Shown piece after piece: positions 51,101-64,000 of a stretch of DNA of 64,000 nt. The stretch is from NCBI GenBank assembly GCA_048013815.1, contig CM106586.1:2728001-2792000 (forward strand), given 5' to 3'. Source of the DNA: Setoptus koraiensis (taxonomy: Eukaryota > Animalia > Arthropoda). Every line of letters begins with the position of its first letter. Within the stretch, counting starts at the first letter, position 1. The position numbers and the translations under genes were made by a program. The notes beneath the pieces are model-generated. The model worked only from the letters and a program-made list of their open reading frames with translations. It had not been told where the DNA came from and ran no database searches.

Positions 51101-54100
51101 TGTTTGTTTGTTAAAAACGCGCGCGCGCGACATGCTCGCCACACGACATTTTATGGGGGCGAGCCACTCTATTGGCATCATGTGGAGCGGGGCCCCACTG
51201 ACAACAGTCAGTGGAGTGGGCCCAATTTGGCTGCTTCGGCTCGCTAGCTCATCGAGGGGGCGCCGGTGACGAGTGGCAAAAGTGGCCAACAATTGAGCGC
51301 GAACGAGAGCACCGAAAATAAGCACGCGCCTCATATAATATGAGTCATATTCATTTATCCCGTTCGGCGGCTCGCCGGCCGAGAGGCAGCTATTAGTCAG
51401 AGACGGCGGCTTATGGCGCCACTGGCGGCCAGCAGCAACCAGCGGCGGCCAGCAACAACCGAGGGCGACAAGAGGCGCCAACAGAGAGCGCCCCGGAGAG
51501 CCGGCCGGGCAGCCCGCAAAAAGAAGATTGTGTTTTATCGCTCGTGCTTGGCGACACAAACAGACGGTTCAGGTTGAGCCTAAGCGCCAATTGAGGGCCC
51601 GCCAGCAGCCAATGCACAGGCACCGGCATTAATTAACTGGGCCCCTCGGCTGGCTGTCGCGAATGAATGGGCATTGAGATGCCCATATATAATATGTCGG
51701 TTATATATGGGGCCCCAACAGCGGCGCACAGTTGGTAGCCCTGCACGCCGTGAGCATGCAGCGAGCTGGCCATTCTCGAGCCCGTCTAGACAGCTTCAAA
51801 ATAGCCAGCCAAGAGGGGGCGCCTGGCGAGTTAATCCTGTTGGCGCGCCGGGCGACATCGATCAATCGATTAGTTGATAAGTTGGGCGCCTCGTGGGCTC
51901 CCTCTATCCGGCGCGCCGCACAACACTGTGCGAAACACTGTGTTATAACGTATGACACCATGTTGCACTGTGTAATACACAGGCCAGAGATTATAACTCG
52001 CAGCTCGTGGCTCATAATTTATAATTTATATCGCTTGTCATAGATGGATTGCTGTTTGTCGCATAGGGTCGCACAGGGCGGCGCAGGGTCGCATAGGGCC
52101 GCACATATGGTCGCAAACGTATCGGCGCACATAGGGTCGCTCGTTTGTAATTGCTTTCCTCGAGTCGGTCCCCCGCGCGCCCCATCGAAGCCGCCCGTGG
52201 ACAGGCTAGGTGGACCCACTGTCGCTGTGCCATCAATATAATATGATATAATATCGATATAAGCCAAATATGAGCTAAATTTCGTCGCGTGTCGCCTATG
52301 CGCGCCGCCAATGAATAATAATCAATAAATTCAAAACGCCATTCGGCTCATCGGGTGGCCCGATTAAAAACTCATCAGATGCAAACTGTGCGCGACGTGC
52401 CGACAACAAAGCGACTAATCATCGTCATGACAGCCTGTCAGGCATCAATATATCACCGGTTATGATGTCGATGTGACCTGCACCACTGACCACACTGTAT
52501 TTGTGCGCGAATATCCGCTATACGTGCACGCCATATCCGTTACGTTTGCGCATATTGCCCATGTTTGCATATATCCGTCATGTTTGTACAATGTTCTATT
52601 CGCGCCAACCATTTGACAGCTCAATTTTCGCTCAATTTTCCCTCATTTTCGCTCATTTTCCCCCAATTTTCTCTCATTTTCTCTCAATTTGTTTCTCGCA
52701 AACGTCAATTATCTGATTGGCAATCACTCATTCAACGCTCTCCGGCTGAAACTGCAGTGAGAGCGTGCGTTCTGTGGGCCACCGTGGAGCGGGCCGCGGA
52801 CGCGTTCGAGCTGCTCGCAGGTAGCGACGCCGACAACGACGCCAACTTTAATTATGCCGATAGCTGGCTGGCGCGACCGGCCATGTCAATAATGCCTCCG
52901 CCGGCCGCCAATGTCGGCGCTGACAGCCCCAACAAGCACGTCGACAACAACAACAACAACAACGGCAACAACAGCGACGGCAACAACCACGACAACGGCC
53001 GCAGAAATTGCGACAACAACGGAGCTTGTAATGGCGATACAAACGCACACTTTGGCGCCAGTAATGACGGTAATAGTGGCGATAATAATAATAATGATAA
53101 TAATAACGCTGGCGCCGATGATAGACGACAACTGCTCAGCTATTATTACTCAAATGATGCCAGCGCAACAACGGCAACAGCGGCCTATTCGGATGATGCT
53201 AATGTCGGTAATAATAGCCGGCTCGACAGCGCCGACAACCAACACTATCGGCCCGTGTATCAGCGCCAGAAAAATGACCAACTGGCTGGGGCGCCGCACG
53301 AGCACGAGCTGCTTGTGCTCCAACAGCAACAACAGCAGCAGCAACAGCAACAACAGCAGCAACAACAACAGCAACAACAACAACAACAACAAAACTCCGA
53401 GCACGAGCCAATCAAGTTACGTAACGCGCCAGCAGCTTACGTGGGTGCTGCTGCTGCTGGCGACCAGATGACAACAGTGACGACGATGGGCACAGAATCA
53501 TCAATTGGCCAAAGGCAACAACCGGAACACGACCGGGCCGAGGTGATAATTAATAATCTAGGCACGAACGTCTTTGCGACATCTGGCGACAGCGACGCGA
53601 GACGGCGCTGGCAAGCTGGCACTGGCATTGCGAACGATAGATCAAGTTTATTAAACGATCGTGTCGATTTCCACTCCAACCGGCAGCGCCAACAACAGCC
53701 CCAACAACAGCAACAACAGCAGCAACAACAGCAACAACAACCGCTGACATGGCCGACTCGGAGGGGGGCCCGCGCCCATCAGAGCGGTCTTTTTAGCGGG
53801 CCCAGCGGCGACGGATACAAGGCGCAAGACGACAACAGCGACGACACTCTGGCTAGACGTGGGCGCCCAGACGGCCAGTCGTGGCGGTTCTCGAGAGGCG
53901 AGCACCTCTCAACAGCGCTGTCGGCCGCCTATCTTTATATACATTTGACGGCCAAAAGTTCATCAATATTTGGCGCCCAAATTGACATAGACTGGTCGAA
54001 CGCGCCCAAAGCGGCCAAGTCGCCCGCTAATGATTATACGCACCCCAAAAGCACAAGAGTGGCCCCTGGCGGCGGGCCCAAGCACGATCAACCGTACGCA

Positions 54101-57100
54101 ATAATCGATGTGGTGCGCAATCAAAAGCTCACACTCGAATGTACAGGTAAGCAGCAGTTGTTAGAGCTGGCCAGTGAAATATTGTTATCATTATTTATCT
54201 ATATTGCGAGTCATATTGCTCAATCTCTCCCTTGTTGTTGTTACATAACATGATAATACAACAATTATTAATATATATACAATTGATTCCATCACTTTTG
54301 TGTGTGTTTGTTATCAATATTATTGGCTCGGTTATATTTAGGTCGCGCATTGGGCAGGCTGCCCGACATCAGCTGGTACAGGCGCCTGTCAAAGAGTGAG
54401 TCGGATCATTATTATGCAACAGCAACAGCACCGGCTGAGAGCGGGGCCCCATTCGCAAAGCGTCACCTGGTGGAACGAATTGGTGACAACTACTACGTGC
54501 CTGTGTTGATTGGCTCGTCGTCGTCAATACCGCCCAACAACAACAACAGCGACAACAACAACAACAACAGCGACAACAGCAACAATAGCGACTATGTTGG
54601 GCCGCCGCCGACGGCGACGCCAAACGGAGAGGCGTTCGTGGCCAGCCAAGTGGAAATCATATTCAATAATCTCACTGATCAATCCTTCACCCTAATAAAG
54701 ACACTTCAGTTGGATCAATACGACCTCATCGGCACCAATCAGCAACAACAACAACAACAACAACTGGCCAGTGCGGCGCCACTGAGGCCACTGCGACAGC
54801 AGCAGCAACAACAACGCCACAGCACAGAATATCCCTGGATTGACTATGCAAACTCTGACCAAACTACAACAATATACGCCTGTCTAGTGAAGGCCGACTC
54901 ACGTAGAGCGCACGCCGAAGTAGGTGTGCGATTGCTAGACCGGAAGTCCAAGTGGACGCCTGTAAAGAAGGCTGCTGCTGCTGCCGCCGTAAGAGCCGCA
55001 TCATCACTGGGCGCCCCGAGCGGAAGTCGCGTGATTAGTCGCTCTGGGCCGGGTGTCGTCGTGCTGGGCACAATGCCTAATGGCGAGTTAGCGGATCGAG
55101 CCGTGGCATCAAGTAAATTAAACATTGATTTAGTGCCAACAAATAGGCTTATGAGCGGCACAACGGGTGCAGCCACTAATCAGCAGCAGCACCAGCACCA
55201 GCAGCACATCCATAGACATACAAACACAACTAGATTTGTTGAATTCATTGACGCAATTACCCATTCGCACAACCGAATACCAGTGTCCTCGTCATACGAA
55301 GCCAGCCTTACTTCCGGCGAGCGAGGCCCCAACTCTGACAGCAACTCCAAGGGCAACTCCAACGACAAGGGCAGCCGAGATACGGCGACCATGGGCGACC
55401 ATGGTGCCGCCATTGGTAATGGCTGGCAATTGAAACAATTGTTTGACACACCGAATCAGCTGTCATCATCGGCTCCAAAACGGCAAGGCAAGGCGACAGT
55501 AACAGCGGCAACAAATGACAACTATGACAGACCGTCCATCGAGAATCGTTACATGCCAGAACAGGCGTATATACACGGACAGGGCGAAAGTAGCGCCAGT
55601 GGGGCGCCGTCCATATCGACCGACGACAGCAACAACAGGGTATTTGGTGGCGCAACCGACGACGGACCAAAAGGTGACAGGTACCCGAACAGATTGGCGC
55701 CAGCGGACAGTTTGCGCCAAGACCTCATCCAATGTGAGTTAGACACTGTATCAGTCATGTGTAACTTATACACAAGTGTTTGCATGCATAGCGTGATGGC
55801 AAAAATTTGCATAGGTGTCTAATATATTTCATACATTAAATTTTACATTTTATATTGTTTGCAGTTCCGTTCGTGGAGGACTGGGTGTCCATAAAGAAGA
55901 TCAACAACAATCGGCAATCGTTGCATAATTCAGATAGCGGCCAATTGGGCTCAGTTGACGGGCCTGGCACGAGCAACGAGATGGGCCAAAATGGCAAGAT
56001 TGGCCTAAACAGTTACAAAGTTGCAATTGTGCCTGTCGCAATGTTGGCCCTAATATTGGGCATGTTTTCACTCATGCTTCTGGTGGCGATTCGTTCCTGT
56101 CGTCAGTTGGTGCTGACCGGCGGCAACTCGGCGCCCATCCAACAACAACAACAACAACAACAATCACACAATTTGGTTGCAATTGATGAGCGACTGCAAC
56201 AGCAGCAGCAGCTAATTATGTCAGCCGACGCTGTGACAGGAATGAGGTTGTTACATCATGACAACAACAATCGCGGGTCAAGTGTCGCAATCGCATCAGG
56301 TTGCAACAGAGGCGATTTGTTTAGACACTACGAGCACGACGACGACGATGACAACCATCATCATGACAATGATTTGAATTTCCGTCACACCTCTATCACT
56401 TGCCTTTGTGGGGGCAAATTCAATGATGCGGCCCAGTTGCATGCCGGGCAAGGGGGGCAGACACGACAGCAACAACAACAACAACAACCGCATCGTCTGG
56501 TGCAGTTGGTGTCGTCGCTCGAGGGTTACGCTTACGATGATCTAATAGATCAATTGAGCAGCAGCGGCAGCAGCAGTAGCAGTGGTGGCGCTGTGCAAAG
56601 TTGCAATGACGCGACCACAGCAGCCAATGCAACAAATACCTGTAATCTAACGAGAGCATCCAATGCAATGATCGGCGTTGTAGACAGAGACGACGACTCA
56701 ATAGAACAGCTCATTACTGCTGCCAGCGGCAGGCATTATCAGCAGTTGAGCCAACAGCAACCGAGACAACAACCGCCAACACAACAACCGCCGACACAAC
56801 AACCGCCGACACAACAACCATCCAGACAACAACAAGTGCGCATGGATAGAACAATGACAACCACCCAATTGTATTCGCAATACCAAGACGCAGCAATTAT
56901 GCTCACTTCCGCTTTCACTAGCGCCTCAGAGATGTCGCTGGCGATGAGCGGCGCCGGCCAGCAAGCGGCCAACAATTTTCATTTTGATCTAAGTGGCGCT
57001 GACTGTAACGGTGGCACAACAAGTGGCGCTAATAGTTTTAATTTCACCAACATGAATGACGACGCTAGTCAGGGTAGCACAGTGACTATAAGTGACATCA

Positions 57101-57456
57101 CCATTAGTAACAGTATTGGCAACGATTGTAAAATTATTCAAAATCCAATTTTTGACAATACAAGCGACGAAGATGAAGAGCTCAAAGGCTCAAGTTGCTC
57201 AAATTCCAATAGCAAGCTCAACGGCAACATTGGCAACGTAGATTCGGTGAGGATCGAGTACAGAAATGACGGGCTTACCGCAAACCATAAGCTGGTTTCC
57301 GGTTACAAAGAGCACGAGAGGCGCGCTGGCCAATTGGTGGCAACAACAACCGCAAACTATCACCCGATGACTAGGTACAGCGCTGGCAGCGGTAGCGGCG
57401 AACAACAACAGGAACCAGTGGACATGACTAACAGCCAGTATCATCGCCACTTGTAG
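45185..57456 (+). CDS. Type-I membrane Ig-superfamily protein (at least 3 Ig domains, TM, long kinase-less tail; possibly FGFR/FGFRL1-like). Exons 45185-47944, 52758-54146, 54342-55733, 55865-57456; signal-peptide exon not found
   Basis: Four long ORFs join in frame through canonical GT-AG introns, all phase 1 (CCAG|GTAAGT, TGCAG|TG, ACAG|GTAAGC, TTTAG|GT, AAT|GTGAGT, TTGCAG|TT). Ig1 SINCP..IWFKN..GELQINQV..DRGQYSC; Ig2 VELNCP..WLKNG..SLYLDGL..ANYTC; Ig3 LTLECT|GRALGRLPDISWY..IYAC; TM VAIVPVAMLALILGMFSLMLLVAI. Confidence 0.85.
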
Positions 57457-57760
57457 TTGCTGCTGCTGTGCTGCAAATTCTGAGTGATTGATCAGTGATT
57501 GCGTAACCACATGATGACAAAAGTGTCGGCCACCAATAATTGGCAATTTGCATATCTGACAATTTGTGAGTGACAGATCTGAATAGTAGGATACATATTA
57601 ACTGACAAAGTGGAGCCTCATCTAAATGTGATATTTGTTGATGTTGTTGTTGTGATTTGTTGCGTGTGAATACACACGCCGATCATTGCTGGTGTGTATG
57701 TTCACATCGACAAAAACTGTTTCGATATCAACCCATTCGAGAATTTATAAGAGTAATAAT

Positions 57761-57777
57761 AATAAATGATAAATAAA
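57761..57777 (+). terminator. Candidate polyadenylation signals for the Ig gene
   Basis: Two AATAAA hexamers ~300 bp after the stop. Confidence 0.4.
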
Positions 57778-58235
57778 AATAATAGTAATAATAATCTCAT
57801 AAGCTCATCTTTTATATCAATCATTAGTCACTAATTCAACATCAAACCTGAGTACGAACCATTCTATGGAGGCTCTACGAGAGGCTCTGCCAGAAAAATA
57901 GCGTTATGAAAATAAATTATCCCAAGTTGCCCTCAACAAAGGATGAGTAGCCACCATCGAAAGCTTGCCACTTATTCTTATCGCCAAGAGTTAATTGACA
58001 ATAGATGTTCGAGTCATTCGAATCATCTGAACTATCAGAGGATGACATGTTTGAAATTAATTAGATGATATGTGGACCGCTTGTGTGCAAGAAGAAGAAT
58101 GAATCTCAATTAAGAGTTGAGTAACAGTCACTAGGTAAGCAGTCACGTGAATGAGATCCAAGATCTTCCAACACAATCGTCTGCTACAATTCTGCTATAC
58201 TTTGCGTTTTACAATCGCGCGACTAGAATTGCAAA

Positions 58236-58307
58236 TTCGAGATTTTGGCATTTCGAGATTTTAGAATTTCGAGATTTCGGTATTCGAGATTTCAGTATTC
58301 GAGATCC
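58236..58307 (+). repeat. TTCGAGATTT ~15-bp tandem repeat, 5 copies
   Basis: ttcgagattttggca tttcgagattttagaa tttcgagatttcggta ttcgagatttcagta ttcgagatcc. Confidence 0.85.
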
Positions 58308-61300
58308 GGGGTTTTAGAGATTATGACACAATCCCGTTGCATCGAATGGAAGCCACGATATTGGTCACAATTTCGGTCACACTTTTTTTCCAGTCAGCTG
58401 AAATTTTTCTTTTTTCTTTAGTTTTCTGGAGATTCGGGAGAGTGGAGGAGAGCCGGGGAGCAGCAAATCAAAAGAACGTTCCCGATCTACGATCTCCCTG
58501 CCTCAGTCCCATGACTGAGGGAATACCAAGTTCGTTGTCGTAATTGAAGTTGCTGTTGCAGTTGTTGCTGCTAACTAACAGATTTGTTTTGTTTTTTTCG
58601 TGCTGAAATTTAACAAGTTCCGTTCGACACTCGTTAGTTGACAGGGCGGGGAGCAATGGGGAATTTCTCTGTCGGCTATCTACAAATAAACATCAAGAAC
58701 GCATATCCATGCAGAGCGATAACGGCTGTAGAGACCTCAGAAGTTTAAAGACTTTACGCCACCCAGCGCCAAAGTCAAGAGTGACTCGGCGGGAGGGGCA
58801 AAGAGAAATATTCAGTGCAGGATGCAGCATCTATTGATACCAAATTCGAGAAAATCGCAACGACTTTTTTGGTGATCGCCTTATTGCAATTGGTCCTTTT
58901 CACTTTTCGGGATTTCGGGTGGATTTTGGACGGATTTTGGATGGATTAGATTTCTGTGCAAAGTGCTCAGTGGCCGTGGCGAGCATCCGAATGGGAAAGT
59001 TCGGACGGCTTCTAACGGAAGAGACTCCATGAATGCAAACGCGATGAATCAAAAAACAATAAGAGTGCCTATTTGACAACTAGACAAAACTGAGATATGA
59101 ATGATGTCAGCGTGACCCCACGGGCGGCGCCACAAAAGCCACTGACTCGTGAGAGCTCAACTAGAGGCCATGTTGTGATAAATGGGTCGGCTCATTTAGC
59201 TGTACAAATTGATTGGCACAATTATCCGACAACGACCATTCGTACAGCCAAGCGAGGTTGGCCTTCGGTGGGATTGGCATTGCAATAATACAACAGGTAG
59301 TTGCATGGGCATTCAACTATTTAACTATCTAACTATTTAAGTGTGGCTCGCAGTTGATCGCTGCTGATGGATTGAATTTGATTGATTTGAATTGATTTTA
59401 AAGCGAGCAATGAATAGCGACGAGCGATACGATCTGCGAGTTGATCGAGCGCCTCGTTGTTTCGATGTAGCTGATAGTTGATGATAGTGACGCTACTGGC
59501 GTCGCGCGCATGATGAATAGCGTAATAAAAAGCGGAAGCAAATGTTTTTCATTTAGGCAAGAGGCTTATTTGCAGAGAAACGGCAGCAGCAGCAACTGCA
59601 CAACAGCAACTACAGCTACAACGGCAACTACAACACCAACTACAGATACAGCAAATACAACAACAACGACAGCCGCAACTGAAACAACGGCAACTACAAC
59701 GACGCCGACGCCGGCTCTGGCAAGACTGAGAAAAGTAGTAGCTGATTGCATCAAAACATGCGAGCCGTTATAATTGTTGCTGGCCAGTGTGTTAAACTTG
59801 ACTGGCGAGACTGCATGCAATCGATGCCATCGCTTGTTTTGCGGAGTGGCCGCTTGTGCCGCTCGGTGCGATGCGCCGATTACGTTTCCATGGTGATGCC
59901 GGTCTGTCTCTATCCGAGAGACGGAGAAAATCTCTGTCCAAGCGACGCTCGGAATCCCCATCCGAAACGAGAGAGAATCCCCATCCAAAGAGAAAGAGAG
60001 AGAGAGAAAATCTGCACCTAGACGGAGAAAGAGAGAGGAAGAGACTCGCCGCTTTCAGAGATAATAACTGCTCTCGAGTGTGCGATGAGTTTGTACCACT
60101 TTTGATCGTTTTACCACTTGTTTGATGATGTGTGCAGGTGAATTTGATCAAGTTTAACTCCAACGTCTGCGCCGCCTCTAATATAAACACATAAAGAGGA
60201 AACAGTTTTGTGTGTGCCATCATCATGCACCCAACGCCAACAACGGCAACAACAGCAACAACAACAGCAACAACAACAGCTACAACAACAACGCCAACAA
60301 CAACAAGGACAAGTGCCTCATTTGAATGTTTTGCGCGTTTATCCTCATCATGTATGGTTGTTGTTGGATGGAAACTTTTGAGTCAACAGTGTCGACCAAA
60401 GTGCTCCTCATGACTCACAGGTTGCGCACGGAGTCACAAGTTGCCAGTCTCAAGTTGCCAGAGAGCTTCCTCTTACAAAACAAAGTTGTTAGTAATAGTA
60501 AAGAACGCACAAGTGCAAAGGGCAAACGTATGACAGATAGTGTAGACCGAGATTTCAATCAATTGTTCTTGCCATCAATTGTTGGTCGTTTGTTTTGCCC
60601 GTTAAAGAGCTGGCCGGTGCTCTGTTGTGCAACAATTGACTCAAGCGAGCGCGTTTGAATTGCTCGCAAATTGAATTGATCAGATTGGATCGGATCGGGC
60701 CGAACTGGATCGGATAAAATCAAATCGCATGAGTGCTGGACAACAAGTGCAACAACGCACGCAGAGTGATTGAGGAATGGACAGGGTGCCAGCAACATGT
60801 TGTTGTTGCTGTTGTTGTATTTGCAACAAATTGTTGCTATTGCAATTATTATCGTCATTGCATCGCGTGTCATTTGCAACAAATAACAGCGATAATAATT
60901 GTAAAAAACTAACACTGAAGTGGCGCGCGTTCAGCGCAACATGGCGACGTAGATTGAACGGAAATTCAATTGGACAATTCGGCAATTGATTGATTTCGGT
61001 GATATTACACGTAACAGTTGGTAGTTTTTTTTTCAGTTACATCATCCTAGCCTTTGTACTAGCTAGTTTGTTTGCTGTCGTTGTTAAACCCTGTGGTAGA
61101 TCAACAAACAAACCAGCCCAATGTTGCGTGTGCCCGTTACTCTGTCATGTTAATTGTATCAATAATTAACACGATCCCTATAATAATAACTGATTACACG
61201 CTAACTTATTAATAACAATATTGATGTTAATTAATATTAATATTATTATTGCATTTTATTTCATTTTATTTCATGCATACAACGGCGTACAACTAACTGA

Positions 61301-63104
61301 CTTTTGGACGGATAACTAACTGATTCTTGGAGGGACAAATCTCAATTTATGCCTGGCCAACATGGGAATGATAGCCAATGCATAAATTGAAATTTATTTT
61401 GAACTGCATGGTCAGCGGTTGTTAACATTGGTGACGTTAACAACAAATACATTACGCCCATTACGTAACTGCAGCAACCTGTTGAAGCCAAGGTGACAAG
61501 ACAAAAGAATACAATCCAATCTAATCATTCAACAGATAATCTAATGATAATGAACTTATCGTTGGTCACTGTATAAAGTTTAGTTTAACATATTGTGATA
61601 TTGCATTGCTATCACCACAGCATCACTAAAGTGACTCTGGCAACTACAGTATGCGAGTGGCGTTAATTGAATTCAATTGAATCGGATTGGATCGGGTTTT
61701 ATCTGGGCAACAGCGATTGATTTAGGGCGGCTTGCGTTAAATCAATCGTTGAATGCAAAAAGTTTCTCAGATGTCGCTCCTCTCGGCTGGCTACTGACTA
61801 TTCAGTGGCCAAAGATTTGTTGTTATTGTTTGTGGCTGCTGGTGCTGCTGCTGAGAAACAGTGAGTTAAGTGAGTCAAATTAGTCAAGTGGACCCCTTCT
61901 CGTTGAGCCACTCAATAGTGGCCTGCCGTTGCCAGCTAATCCCATTACATAGCCAACTGGCGGGGGATATCTGACAGCAGGGATAATCCGTTGGTTGAAT
62001 CAGCGGCCAGAGTGAGATTTTTCCGGCTGCCGATGCCAGCTGATGCCAGCTCAACCGGCAGCCGATGCTCGGGCAGCCAGTTTAGCGGTTGCCACAAGTT
62101 GCACAGGTGAGCCACGGACAGGTAGCGAGAGGAATAGGTGATGGCCGCTTTAAAATTTTAATCTCTGGGGCTGGTTCGAGCCAGCCAACGGGAGAGATGG
62201 CCGTTGTCGTTGTTGTTGTTGCCGCTGCTACTGAACAAACAGAATTGATAGATGGATTAGAGTTAGAAAGAGTCGAAAAGGCCAGTTGCAACTACAGTGA
62301 GTGGACGTTATGCAAGGCAAAGTTCAACTGTGTGCCGTCGTTTTGTTTTATTTGCCTGGCCCCCAGCAACTGCAAACGGCGACTACCTGCAACGGCCACG
62401 GTTACGCAATACTCGACAAGTATGACAATACTGAACAAATCCGTTACTCGTTGTTGTGACTTTTAGCTCGCACTGGCCATTGCATCATCGCGTGTTGTTC
62501 TCACTATTATTTGGCTATTTATCTGGCGACGAGCTCGATGACTGGCCGGCAACATGTCAGTAGCTAACATGTTGTTAGTGCTCAGGTGAATTGAGTGTGT
62601 GTGTGTGTGTGTAAGTGTGCAAATATGTGAGACATGCACTTGCGAAATAATGTAATAATGTTATAACATAATCATAATAATGTATTAATACAGCATTAAT
62701 GTAATAGTGTTATAATAATATGATAATCATGACTCATTACATAATCGTATGATATTACATAATGATCAGCGAGCGCTGTGTGAGAATTGTGCGCAATTGA
62801 TCATCTGTCTGTCATATAATTGACGTCAACGACGCAAACAGTTAGCACACAGAAGCTGGCACCTGAAGAGGCCAGCGTGCGCACCGATGGACAACAGGTT
62901 GTTGTTACAGGTATACAAATAACGTTGCGCTTGCACTGCACTGCAACGCATTACGTAATGTGCGATGTCCACTACTTAACCATGTCCATACTATTAACGG
63001 TCGCCAATAAACATGTTGCTTTTTACCGTTAGCTGCCGTCGTAACTGCACTCTGTATAATACTGTATATTTATTGCCGGCAATTGTCGTACTGTTGACCT
63101 TTTG

Positions 63105-63116
63105 TTGTCGTTATCG

Positions 63117-63189
<73 letters not shown>

Positions 63190-63218
63190 CGTTGTTGTTG
63201 TTGTCGTTGTTGCTGTTG
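63105..63218 (+). repeat. (TTG)n microsatellite
   Basis: More than 30 near-perfect TTG units. Confidence 0.97.
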
Positions 63219-64000
63219 ATGCGCGCGAGCCGTCACTGTGGAGCGATTCAAAATTGAAATTGCCATGTTTGAAAACACCAGTGACTAAACAATTGTATTA
63301 GTATTATTATTATTATTATTGTTGTTGTTGTTGTTGTTGAATCGCTATTCGCTCACACTGGCGTTAATATGCAAATTTTATTATCGTAATGGCACATAAC
63401 GACGCAACGGCATACGCTCAGCGGGCAATAAATGCACAATAATGACTGATTTGGCTCGGCCGGCCCGCCAACGCTCACTCGCCGGGCTTGACAACAACAA
63501 GCACGACATGATAGTATATTCACACGAAGCGACAAATATACTCTTTCTGTCAATATTTCCAACTGTCAACATGCAGCCCCGTATGACAATAAATCACTGT
63601 GCGATCACCGGCGAAAATAAACTTCTCACACGAGCAGTTTTCGTTTGCACACTGTCATCGCTTGCGAGTCGCGACTCATCACTCATCCTGCCCGTATTGT
63701 CGAGACGATGCGCTATTTTTTGGGCCTGTCTGCTCATTGATATTTATCGTTCGGCTGTGCGATATGCCGAGGGCCAATTTTCAGGTAGGTGCAAATTGTG
63801 ACAAGAGGTACGAGAGCAGAATACATATTTGCATTGTTGACACGTCTCGCACGTTGTCAGTGACGGCGGCACGCAGCTAGACTTGAAAAAGACAAAATTG
63901 AGACAGAATTGAGCAGCAAAAAAGACAGACTCTTCGCATATCACTAACTTGCGTCAGCCCCGTCAGCATTGAGTGACAGTGCTGCATGTTTACACACTTG

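Noticed and set aside
59560-60310. Poly-Q/Thr ORFs near 59.6 and 60.2 kb
   Set aside because: Explained by (ACA/GCA)n microsatellites; short frames with no domain content.
62260-62380. CNYSEWTLC resembling a TSP1/pleiotrophin-type motif
   Set aside because: Single short motif with no convincing splice sites or further domain residues.

Overview
Eukaryotic (arthropod, probably acariform mite-like; inference from intron-poor genes with N/Q-rich low-complexity inserts) genomic window in five blocks. (1) 1-7.9 kb: 5' part of a minus-strand Ig-domain gene and its upstream DNA. (2) About 7.9-22.7 kb: a dense transposon nest containing a hAT-type MITE with an 8-bp TSD, a Gypsy RNase H fragment, a Kolobok-like TTAA element, a Copia RT relic, a MULE transposase, a Helitron/Helentron PIF1 helicase fragment and a 500-N gap. 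Five Helentron/DINE-1-like 3' termini (sub-terminal IR + hairpin + CTTGTT) are scattered through it, and three of them directly abut fragments of a viral-envelope-like glycoprotein family. This possible env-carrying, read-through composite Helentron is the most novel signal. (3) 23.2-33.4 kb: a single-exon furry (fry) gene of 3390 aa that appears to stop before the Fry_C region. (4) About 33.5-57.8 kb: GC-rich, GGGCCC-rich noncoding DNA, then a four-exon (all introns phase 1) type-I membrane Ig-superfamily gene, possibly FGFR-like without a kinase, heavily inflated by low-complexity inserts. (5) 57.8-64 kb: low-complexity noncoding DNA. No tRNA, rRNA or CRISPR array was seen. All motif assignments were made by eye, without database searches.
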